Virus record (IMG/VR): IMGVR_UViG_3300047668_001392
From: an uncultured virus (IMG/VR IMGVR_UViG_3300047668_001392)
Lineage: Duplodnaviria; Heunggongvirae; Uroviricota; Caudoviricetes; Crassvirales
Direction: 5' to 3' (one strand)
Length of the DNA: 20,000 nt
The notes beneath the pieces were generated by a model. The model did no database searches. It had not been told where the DNA came from and saw only the letters and a list, made by a program, of their open reading frames with translations. Positions 8,181 to 15,732 of this stretch are shown in pieces. The position numbers and the translations under genes were made by a program. Position 1 is the stretch's first letter. Each line of letters starts with the position of its first letter.

Positions 8181-8399
8181 ATGCCAAACGTTATTAAAGG
8201 AAAGAAAAAAAAGAAAGGGAAAACCGTAGACTTCAACCTACCTTACGAGGGAGCGATGGGAAAATCGGTTAATAGGGAGGTAGCAAAAAAAATATGGGGA
8301 AACTCCGCTTCTGCAGACGAACATACTCTAGGATATGAACTAACTAGAGATGCTGACGGGAATTATATAGCGAGGACTAAATTAAGTTCAAAAGCTTAA
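8181..8399 (+). CDS. Small basic hypothetical protein
   Basis: Fills the gap with 3-nt spacers on both sides. Confidence 0.7.
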   Translation: MPNVIKGKKKKKGKTVDFNLPYEGAMGKSVNREVAKKIWGNSASADEHTLGYELTRDADGNYIARTKLSSKA

Positions 8400-8402
8400 A
8401 AA

Positions 8403-8918
8403 ATGAAATTAGAAGTAATTAGATTTAACAAAGGAAAGGATTCAACAAATGGGATACTATTTAATACAACGAATGAAAGAAAATTTTTATGCTATACTCT
8501 CGAAGATGAGAGTCGTACTGAAAAAGTGTGGGGAGAAACTTGTATACCTGAAGGAGAGTATAATCTCGGTCTTCGAACTGTGGGCGGGCTTGATGCCAAA
8601 TACTCTAAAAGGTTTTCTGATATCCATATGGGAATGCTTCATGTACTTGATGTACCTAATTTTAAATATATTCTTATTCATTGCGGTAATACTGACGAAG
8701 ATACTGCTGGATGTCTTCTCTTGGGCGATTCGCAAGAGAACAACAACATCAAAGAAAACGGATTTATAGGGCGGTCTACCCAAGCGTATTTCCGTATCTA
8801 CGAAGACATTGCTAAGGCAATTGAAAGCGGGGAGAAAGTAACTATAACGTACCGAGATTTCGCAACATGCCTTCTTTTATCGCAAGACGACGCGATAAAG
8901 ATGCTTGACGAGTGTTAA
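8403..8918 (+). CDS. DUF5675-family protein (L,D-transpeptidase-like fold, putative endolysin)
   Basis: CYTLED..KVWGETCIPEGEY...DVPNFKYILIHCGNTDEDTAGCLLLG signature. Confidence 0.85.
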   Translation: MKLEVIRFNKGKDSTNGILFNTTNERKFLCYTLEDESRTEKVWGETCIPEGEYNLGLRTVGGLDAKYSKRFSDIHMGMLHVLDVPNFKYILIHCGNTDEDTAGCLLLGDSQENNNIKENGFIGRSTQAYFRIYEDIAKAIESGEKVTITYRDFATCLLLSQDDAIKMLDEC

Positions 8919-8919
8919 G

Positions 8920-8943
8920 AGGGAGTTACCCTTCGAGCTCCCT
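8920..8943. terminator. Possible hairpin at the junction of convergent genes
   Basis: AGGGAG...CTCCCT inverted repeat between/overlapping the converging stops; no U-tract. Confidence 0.3.
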
Positions 8944-9348
8944 ATAGGCTCTCTGTACAAGTAACCTAGCCTTTTGAGTCAAAGCATACCTCACTCTGTA
9001 GTTAAACTTCGTTTCATCTCTAAATAGATGGTCGGCAAAAGTCTTAGACGGAGTAAGTTTATCGAAATGTTTATATAGATAACCCTTTTTTACTAACGGG
9101 TATATAAATCTATTCTGGGTGTTATTCTTATTCATAACTAAGCTTTCTGCTGCGTATTTTATCGTAAAGAACTGAAGGTCATACCCCCAGAAAAGAAACT
9201 CTACATGGGAGAAGTTAATATCGTACTCTTTGTTTACAAAGTGCTTAACAACTTTTAATTTCTTCAGATAGTTCCTGTGGATATATTTCTTATCTTGCAG
9301 TGAGAACTCTCTAAACAGTCTCTTTTTAGGTACTTTACTTTTAGGCAT
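8926..9348 (-). CDS. Putative winged-helix (MarR-like) DNA-binding regulator
   Basis: Basic 140-aa ORF with PLVKKGYL...RVRYALTQKAR wing pattern; only minus-strand gene in the late module. Confidence 0.6.
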   Translation of the reverse strand: MPKSKVPKKRLFREFSLQDKKYIHRNYLKKLKVVKHFVNKEYDINFSHVEFLFWGYDLQFFTIKYAAESLVMNKNNTQNRFIYPLVKKGYLYKHFDKLTPSKTFADHLFRDETKFNYRVRYALTQKARLLVQRAYRELEG

Positions 9349-9364
9349 TAAATAGATTATTATT

Positions 9365-9682
9365 ATGAAAGATATAGCTTTTTTATTAGAAATTCAAAAA
9401 TTAGCTCTAGAAATGGATGATCTTGTTGATAAGTATGACATGAGGGATAGATTTGTTTCTATATTAGTTTCTGGTTTTTTACAAGAAGATGACTACGGGG
9501 AGATGAATATGAACGCTATATATAGTTACCATCTATCTACTATCTTTGAGTTAACGGAGATATTGGATTTTATAAACAATACATTTGAACACGAATTTGA
9601 ATACGATACCCCAGAAACCTTTGAAAACTTCGACTCTGACGTAGATGATTTTCTAGAGAGCCTTGGGATAGATACTGAATAA
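9365..9682 (+). CDS. Highly acidic hypothetical protein
   Basis: 105-aa ORF, Asp/Glu-rich, coupled to the next gene. Confidence 0.7.
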   Translation: MKDIAFLLEIQKLALEMDDLVDKYDMRDRFVSILVSGFLQEDDYGEMNMNAIYSYHLSTIFELTEILDFINNTFEHEFEYDTPETFENFDSDVDDFLESLGIDTE

Positions 9683-9683
9683 A

Positions 9684-9923
9684 ATGGAAGGAATTATTAG
9701 AAAAATTGTGGTTGGAAGAGACCCTAAAGACGGAATGGCTTATTATGTAGGGATGAGAGCAGGAGCAGGGAAAGTAAGTACTATAGTCCAAGACGAAAGA
9801 TATCTAGTTAAATATAGCAAAGACAGATACCTTGTATATATGCAAGATTCAGAAGGTGTTCAGACCTTATGGAAAGCTATAGATAGCATGCCGTGTATGT
9901 TAGAATTTGATTGTAATTTTTAA
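9684..9923 (+). CDS. Conserved Bacteroidota-phage hypothetical protein
   Basis: IIRKIVVG.DPK..M.Y.VG...LWK....MP...EFD pattern recalled near GroES/terminase in such phages. Confidence 0.75.
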   Translation: MEGIIRKIVVGRDPKDGMAYYVGMRAGAGKVSTIVQDERYLVKYSKDRYLVYMQDSEGVQTLWKAIDSMPCMLEFDCNF

Positions 9924-10066
9924 TGAAATTTGTAAAAAGTAAAGGTTTTGGAGACAGTGTTGCGAAAGTAACGAAATCTTTAGGGTTAGACAAGCTAGCC
10001 CCTAAAGATTGCGGTTGTAAAAAACGCCAAGAGTTTTTAAATAAAATATTACCTTATAAAAAATGA
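9923..10066 (+). CDS. 47-aa phage protein with GxGD and DCGC motifs
   Basis: Hand-translated MKFVKSKGFGDSVAKVTKSLGLDKLAPKDCGCKKRQEFLNKILPYKK; TAATG and ATGA overlaps with neighbours. Confidence 0.8.
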   Translation: MKFVKSKGFGDSVAKVTKSLGLDKLAPKDCGCKKRQEFLNKILPYKK

Positions 10067-10659
10067 AAACGTTTAATTTATTTGTAGTTAAATTAGAGAG
10101 CAGGCTTAAGGATACAATTACCTCGGATAGCGGATTTGAGCTATATGTAGACGCAAGGTTTAACGACTTTGATAACCGAACAACTGAAGGACCTGTTGTA
10201 TGTGTCCCTTTTAAGTTTGATACAGGAGTAGAGGTAGGGGATACCTTATACTTTCATCACTTAGTAGTTTTAGGTGGGGACAATAGCGGTCAAATCTTTA
10301 CTGAAGACGACAACACTTATATCGTTACCTACGATCCAAACAATGCGATTGGGAACCAAGCCATAGCGTATAAGAGCCAAAAGGACGGTAAGATACGTTG
10401 CTTAGCAGGTTGGTGTTTATTAAAATCTGTAGAACAAGAGGAGCTAAAGCTTCAATCAGATCTTATAGAAATAGTAGACCTAACGGAAACCTTACCTACT
10501 AAAGGTGAAGTAGCCTATACGTGTAAGTCGGCTGACGAACAGGGGGTTATGCCAGGAGACGTCGTAGGGTTTAAACAGAACAGAGATTATCGTATAACTA
10601 TAGACGGGGTGGAATATTACCGCACTCGCGCAGAAGATTTAATGTATGTCGAAATATAA
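10063..10659 (+). CDS. groES: Phage co-chaperonin with two GroES-like domains
   Basis: GVEVGDTLYFHH and GVMPGDVVGF...IDGVEYYR..EDL halves, each GroES-like. Confidence 0.75.
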   Translation: MKTFNLFVVKLESRLKDTITSDSGFELYVDARFNDFDNRTTEGPVVCVPFKFDTGVEVGDTLYFHHLVVLGGDNSGQIFTEDDNTYIVTYDPNNAIGNQAIAYKSQKDGKIRCLAGWCLLKSVEQEELKLQSDLIEIVDLTETLPTKGEVAYTCKSADEQGVMPGDVVGFKQNRDYRITIDGVEYYRTRAEDLMYVEI

Positions 10660-10936
10660 ATTCACTACCGTAAGCGCCTCTAAAAGGCTTATGCAAAGCA
10701 TGGAGATAGCTATAGACAACATGATTGAAGAGATTAAAAAACCTGTAGATCCAGAGATAAACGGGAGTGCACGTAAAGCGGAACTTCAGTCTATAAAGCA
10801 AACCGCCACGGACTGTAAGGAGCTTATTATAGAGAGGCAGAGGTTAGCGCAGATGGTAAAGGATCTTGAGGTTAGCGGGGATATAAAAGACATAAAGGAC
10901 TACTCTGGAGGATTTGCAGAAAGATTTTCTAAGTAA
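10646..10936 (+). CDS. Helical protein, candidate terminase small subunit
   Basis: 96-aa alpha-helical protein ending GGFAERFSK, upstream of TerL; function inferred from context only. Confidence 0.45.
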   Translation: MSKYKFTTVSASKRLMQSMEIAIDNMIEEIKKPVDPEINGSARKAELQSIKQTATDCKELIIERQRLAQMVKDLEVSGDIKDIKDYSGGFAERFSK

Positions 10937-11310
10937 TGTGTATTGTTACTGAATATAAAGAATGTAAAGATTGTAAAGAAGTTAAACCTAAAAAGGACTT
11001 TACCCCCCATAAAAAATGCGTAGATGGGGTTGAGGGCTCATGTAAAAAGTGCAGAGCAAAAAGAAAGCGTGAAACTCATCAAATAAAGAAAAAACAATTA
11101 GTTTCTCTTGCAGGCGGAAAATGCGAGGTTTGCGGTTATAATAAGTGTGATTCGGCTTTAGAATTTCACCATCGAGATCCATCACAAAAATCTTTTGCTA
11201 TTAGCGAGTCTAAAAGATCATTTAAAAACTTATTAGCTGAATCTAAGAAGTGCGCTCTTTTATGTGCTAATTGCCATAGGGAGCTTCACGCGGGGTTAAT
11301 TAAGTTGTAA
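10936..11310 (+). CDS. HNH endonuclease with N-terminal Zn finger
   Basis: CKDC...CKKC; CEVCGY.KC..ALEFHH.DP...KCALLCANCHRELH. Confidence 0.9.
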   Translation: MCIVTEYKECKDCKEVKPKKDFTPHKKCVDGVEGSCKKCRAKRKRETHQIKKKQLVSLAGGKCEVCGYNKCDSALEFHHRDPSQKSFAISESKRSFKNLLAESKKCALLCANCHRELHAGLIKL

Positions 11311-11319
11311 CTTTACGGT

Positions 11320-11679
11320 ATGAAGAAATTATTATTTATCTTACTCTTACTGCCTGTATCTGTTCTATCTCAATGTAATCAGCATGTCTTTAGCTCTGTA
11401 GGGGCTGAGAAATGGACAAACTTTCAGTACCAAGACTGCGATGGAGGGGCTCATTATTTTGGGTTGCCTGCAGGTGGATATACTATAATATATTGCGCCG
11501 ACATAGGTACTGCATTTGTCCTTAATGGTGATGGGTTTGTTTACCCACTACAAGCAGAACATCCTGCATATGCTTCGTGCGTACAGGATGATTGTCCAGG
11601 TGATTTAAACAACGACGATGTAATTGATGTACAGGACTTACTATTATTTTTAGAAAACTATGGACTTCCATGCGAATAA
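11320..11679 (+). CDS. Secreted Cys-rich protein with C-terminal dockerin/EF-hand-like repeat
   Basis: Signal peptide MKKLLFILLLLPVSVLS-Q; CPGDLNNDDVIDVQDLLLFLENYG. Confidence 0.8.
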   Translation: MKKLLFILLLLPVSVLSQCNQHVFSSVGAEKWTNFQYQDCDGGAHYFGLPAGGYTIIYCADIGTAFVLNGDGFVYPLQAEHPAYASCVQDDCPGDLNNDDVIDVQDLLLFLENYGLPCE

Positions 11680-12902
11680 ACCTAATACTTTTATTAGCTT
11701 TATGGGCCCCTATTTTATCTGCTCAATGTGATGTAAGCATAAGTAGCTGGGATGCGGCATCAGGGGATATCGTCATTGAGGCTATCAACAGTGAGAACTG
11801 CGGGTGTAATGAGTTTACGTCTGAAGCCAACACCTGCGAGAATAGTGGGAGTCCTTCCGTAAATAATAATACAACTGTATCTCATATAGTCCTGGGACTG
11901 CACGTAGAGGGATTAGATTATAACTGGGGATGCATTTCCGCTACTAATCATCCAGGGTGGACGTTTAAAGCGTTTACTTTATTTGGGAATCAAGTCTTAG
12001 AGAGCGGAGATACATGGAGTGCTAATGTATATGACTCCCCAAGTAGTAATGACTGCTGGGCTGAGATACTATCAAATGATACTTTGTGTACCGAATTGGT
12101 ACTATGGCAGATTAACCTATCTCAAACGGCTACAACAGATAACGGAGGGTGGGCCGTAAACCCTAACGTTGCGGCTCAGACACAGAGTTACCCTGATGTA
12201 GATCTATCTAATAACACTGCGGTTAACTGCGCTCTTCCTGCGTGTGACACAGTGTACGTAGATGTAGAAGTTATTGAATACCTTACTGATACTATAGTAG
12301 AATATGTAGATGTTGAGTGGATAACAATTGACACTTTTTATATTACGCAAGTGGACACATTAGTAGAGTATGTCCAATTACCCCCAGATACTGTACAGGT
12401 AGTTGAGTATGTAAATATTATAGAATACCTATACGATACTATTGTATTAGTAGAAACAGATACTCTTGTTGAGTATGAGTATATCTACTTAACCGATACG
12501 ATGTATGTAGAAACGGTTGTATACGAATACATCTATATTTACAATACAGACACTATAACTGAATTTGTATCTGAGTCTATATATATTGATTGTAATACTG
12601 GAGAGCAGTGCAATCAAACATTCCCGTGTGACGAGGTATCTATTTTTGCCCCTAATGCCGTTACCCCAAACGGGGATGGCTGGAATGATACGTGGATGGT
12701 TATTGCGGACGGAGCTTGTTGGGATCAATGGGAAGTTCGTATTTACAACCGATGGGGTGGGCTAGTGTGGATTAGCGCTTCCTCAATGGATGAGTGGGAT
12801 GCTGACGTAGCTACGGGGGTTTATGTATATACCATAACGGCTCACAGCGCTGTAAATGTTAATGTGTATCAATTTAACGGAACAATAACGGTATTGTATT
12901 AA
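11670..12902 (+). CDS. Secreted protein with gliding-motility-associated (T9SS type B, CHU_C-like) C-terminal domain
   Basis: Signal peptide ending LSA-Q; IFAPNAVTPNGDGWND...IYNRWG...WD...TGVYVY...GTITVL; DT-rich repeat stalk. Confidence 0.85.
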   Translation: MRINLILLLALWAPILSAQCDVSISSWDAASGDIVIEAINSENCGCNEFTSEANTCENSGSPSVNNNTTVSHIVLGLHVEGLDYNWGCISATNHPGWTFKAFTLFGNQVLESGDTWSANVYDSPSSNDCWAEILSNDTLCTELVLWQINLSQTATTDNGGWAVNPNVAAQTQSYPDVDLSNNTAVNCALPACDTVYVDVEVIEYLTDTIVEYVDVEWITIDTFYITQVDTLVEYVQLPPDTVQVVEYVNIIEYLYDTIVLVETDTLVEYEYIYLTDTMYVETVVYEYIYIYNTDTITEFVSESIYIDCNTGEQCNQTFPCDEVSIFAPNAVTPNGDGWNDTWMVIADGACWDQWEVRIYNRWGGLVWISASSMDEWDADVATGVYVYTITAHSAVNVNVYQFNGTITVLY

Positions 12903-12924
12903 TATTTAGTATATTGCAAGAGTT

Positions 12925-13152
12925 ATGAAAGCTATAAAAAGAGATTATAAAAAAGAGTACGCTAAGTACGGATCTAAGCTTAAAGCTAAGCAATATCGTG
13001 CAGAGTTAAATCAAATTAATAGAGAAAAAGGGAATTACGGAAACGGAGATGGACTGGATGAAGCTCATTTTGGAGGAGGTGGAAAAACAAGAAAACAAAA
13101 AGCATCTATAAATAGAGCTAACAATAGGCCTAAAAAAAGGAATAGCGTATAA
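12925..13152 (+). CDS. Small basic HNH-like protein
   Basis: RDYKKEY...RAELN...GDGLDEAH...ASINRA resembles minimal beta-beta-alpha-Me proteins of podoviruses. Confidence 0.55.
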   Translation: MKAIKRDYKKEYAKYGSKLKAKQYRAELNQINREKGNYGNGDGLDEAHFGGGGKTRKQKASINRANNRPKKRNSV

Positions 13153-13176
13153 GCTATTAAATTTAATTTATATATA

Positions 13177-13386
13177 ATGAAATATTTACTTATCTTCATG
13201 TCTGCTATATTACTAGCGTCATGTTCTGTTCAAAACAAACACAGAAGGTCTCAAGTGAGACATTACAATCAATGCTGGTGTTTAGACCCCTGGAATGGTG
13301 GTGCTGAATGGTGTTGTGATGGACCAGCGCCAAAATACATGGCCCCATACAAACACTCTAAAGGTTACATTAGAGCTAAATTTTAA
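13177..13386 (+). CDS. Small Cys-rich lipoprotein
   Basis: MKYLLIFMSAILLASC lipobox (LASC). Confidence 0.7.
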   Translation: MKYLLIFMSAILLASCSVQNKHRRSQVRHYNQCWCLDPWNGGAEWCCDGPAPKYMAPYKHSKGYIRAKF

Positions 13387-13390
13387 TAAG

Positions 13391-13579
13391 ATGGCAGAGT
13401 ATAAATGTGAATGCAGCGATGACGTTGTAGATAAATCAGGTGTAACAATAAGATATATTGAGGGGGAAGGGGTAATACATGACGTAAAGTGCGAAAAATG
13501 TGAGAAGTACATGGATTTAGCTAACCCAAAATCTGGTGCGCCTGGTTTTCGATCTAATAGATATGGTCAGACATTTTGA
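13391..13579 (+). CDS. Zinc-ribbon (FmdB-like) protein, 62 aa
   Basis: In-frame ATG 13391 avoids overlap with the lipoprotein gene; MAEYKCEC...CEKC. Confidence 0.65.
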   Translation: MAEYKCECSDDVVDKSGVTIRYIEGEGVIHDVKCEKCEKYMDLANPKSGAPGFRSNRYGQTF

Positions 13580-15693
13580 GTATACTCCTAGATGTTAAAG
13601 ATTATGAAGACCCAGCTGTTAAGATTTGTCCCAACGGTACGGAAGGTGAGCTTATCGAACTCGGTGGGTTACTCATTTGTCTTCCAAAAAGGCCTCCGAA
13701 GAAAGAAATTTCAGGATATAAAGAACCAAACTCTATGCAAATGTGGGGAAGGGTACTTATGCCGCAGGAATTGTCTCGTATTCGTTCTATGGATGAGTGG
13801 GCGGAAATGCCACGGGAGTTTAGAGCGAGGTTTCGTCCATATATCGAGGAAGAGTTTAGGCGTAGGCGTGAAGGTTTTTGGTTTTATAACAACGGTACAG
13901 CTACATATATTACGGGGCGTCACTACATGATGATACAGTGGACCAAGATGGACATTGGTTACCCGTACTTCCTGAACTTTCAAAGAGATATCTTCTTGCA
14001 TTTAGCTGCGTGTGAAATCGATCCTAGATGTATAGGGCAGCTATATACTAAGTGTCGTCGTAGTGGGTACACAAATATGTGCTCATCTGTACTTGTAGAC
14101 GAAGGGACTCAAGTAAAAGATAAACTTATGGGTATACAGTCTAAGACTGGTAAAGACGCCCAAGAAAATATATTTATGAAGAAGGTAGTCTTTATGTTTA
14201 GAAACTATCCTTTCTTTTTTAAACCTATTCAAGACGGTACAACTAATCCTCGTATGGAGTTAGCTTTTAGGGAGCCGTCGAAAAGAATAACCAAGAAGAA
14301 TAAAACCTCTCAAATGGGGGAAGCTTTGAATACGGTTATCAACTGGAAAAACACAACAAACAATGCATATGACGGTGAAAAGCTACACCTGTTGTATTTA
14401 GATGAAGCAGGAAAATGGGAAAGACCTACAGACATAAGAGACGCTTGGAGGATTCAGAGGACTTGTTTGATCGTCGGAAGAAAAATCGTGGGGAAGGCAA
14501 TGGTCGGAAGCACGGTAAATCCAATGGACAAAGGAGGGAGTCAGTACAAGGATCTATGGGAGGACTCAGATCCTTTGGAGAGGAACGCGAATGGGAGGAC
14601 TAGAACTGGTCTATATAGACTTTTTATCCCTGCATATAACTCTTTAGAAGGATTCTTTGATAAGTTTGGCTACCCTGTAGTTGACGACCCTATAGAGACT
14701 ATAGAAGGTATAGACAATGAGTATATCTATACAGGAGCTAAGACATTCTTAAAGAATGAAAGAGACTCTTTAAAAAACGATGCGTCGGAATTAAACGAGG
14801 TGGTAAGGCAGTTCCCGTTTACCGAAGATGAGGCCTTTAGAGATAGTATAGAGGGGAGTGTATTTAATATCGGTCAGATTTACGAGCAGATAGAACATAA
14901 TGACGAGCTTTTCCCAAACCCCGTTGTAGCGGGAAATTTTGTATGGAAAGGGGGGGTAAAAGATACTGAGGTAGTATTTAGCCCAAATGCTCAAGGTAGA
15001 TTTAAAATTGCTTGGATGCCTCCTCCTGACTTTAGAAACCAAAAGAAAACAGAAAGAGGTAAGCGAGTAGCCCCTCATTCAGACTTTGGCGTAGGAGGGG
15101 TTGACTCATATGACCTTGACGCTACCGTAGATGGCAGAGGATCTAAAGGTTCTTTGCATTTATATAACAAGTTCCATATGGAGCACCCTTGTAACATGTT
15201 TGTTTTGGAGTATGCCTCAAGGCCACCTTTAGCTAAAATATTCTACGAAGACGTTTTAATGGCCGCTGTATTTTATGGTTACCCTATATTAATAGAGAAT
15301 AATAAATATGGTATAGCGAGGCACTTTGAAGCTAGAGGGTATGACGGGTACCTAATGGATAGACCTAAACACTTAGTTAGCGCTAGTGGGATGAAGTCTA
15401 AAACAAAAGGTATACCATCTAACTCTCAAGACGTTATCCAGGCTCACGCACACGCTATAGAATCCTTTATACATGACCATGTAGGAGTGAATAGAGAAAC
15501 GGGAGATGTTGGGAAAATGTATTTTAATAAAACGCTAGAGGATTGGATAGGTTACAAAATAGACGATAGAACTAAATATGACCTTACAATTAGCTCTGGA
15601 TTGGCTCTACTAGGAGCGCAAAAAGCCAAGCCAAAAAAGACTTCTGACTTGTCTGAAAAACGATTCTTTAGGAGATATCAAGTAATCGGATGA
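13576..15693 (+). CDS. terL: Terminase large subunit
   Basis: Walker A KCRRSGYT, Walker B LLYLDEAGK, motif III GST, nuclease GGVDSY...IENN...DLTISSG; TTG start overlaps upstream TGA. Confidence 0.93.
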   Translation: MSILLDVKDYEDPAVKICPNGTEGELIELGGLLICLPKRPPKKEISGYKEPNSMQMWGRVLMPQELSRIRSMDEWAEMPREFRARFRPYIEEEFRRRREGFWFYNNGTATYITGRHYMMIQWTKMDIGYPYFLNFQRDIFLHLAACEIDPRCIGQLYTKCRRSGYTNMCSSVLVDEGTQVKDKLMGIQSKTGKDAQENIFMKKVVFMFRNYPFFFKPIQDGTTNPRMELAFREPSKRITKKNKTSQMGEALNTVINWKNTTNNAYDGEKLHLLYLDEAGKWERPTDIRDAWRIQRTCLIVGRKIVGKAMVGSTVNPMDKGGSQYKDLWEDSDPLERNANGRTRTGLYRLFIPAYNSLEGFFDKFGYPVVDDPIETIEGIDNEYIYTGAKTFLKNERDSLKNDASELNEVVRQFPFTEDEAFRDSIEGSVFNIGQIYEQIEHNDELFPNPVVAGNFVWKGGVKDTEVVFSPNAQGRFKIAWMPPPDFRNQKKTERGKRVAPHSDFGVGGVDSYDLDATVDGRGSKGSLHLYNKFHMEHPCNMFVLEYASRPPLAKIFYEDVLMAAVFYGYPILIENNKYGIARHFEARGYDGYLMDRPKHLVSASGMKSKTKGIPSNSQDVIQAHAHAIESFIHDHVGVNRETGDVGKMYFNKTLEDWIGYKIDDRTKYDLTISSGLALLGAQKAKPKKTSDLSEKRFFRRYQVIG

Positions 15694-15698
15694 TTTAC

Positions 15699-15706
15699 TA
15701 TATTTG
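15699..15706 (+). promoter_or_regulatory. Bacteroidota -7 promoter box TATATTTG
   Basis: Intergenic between terL and portal. Confidence 0.7.
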
Positions 15707-15732
15707 CTAAATAGAAATACCATATCTTAAGG

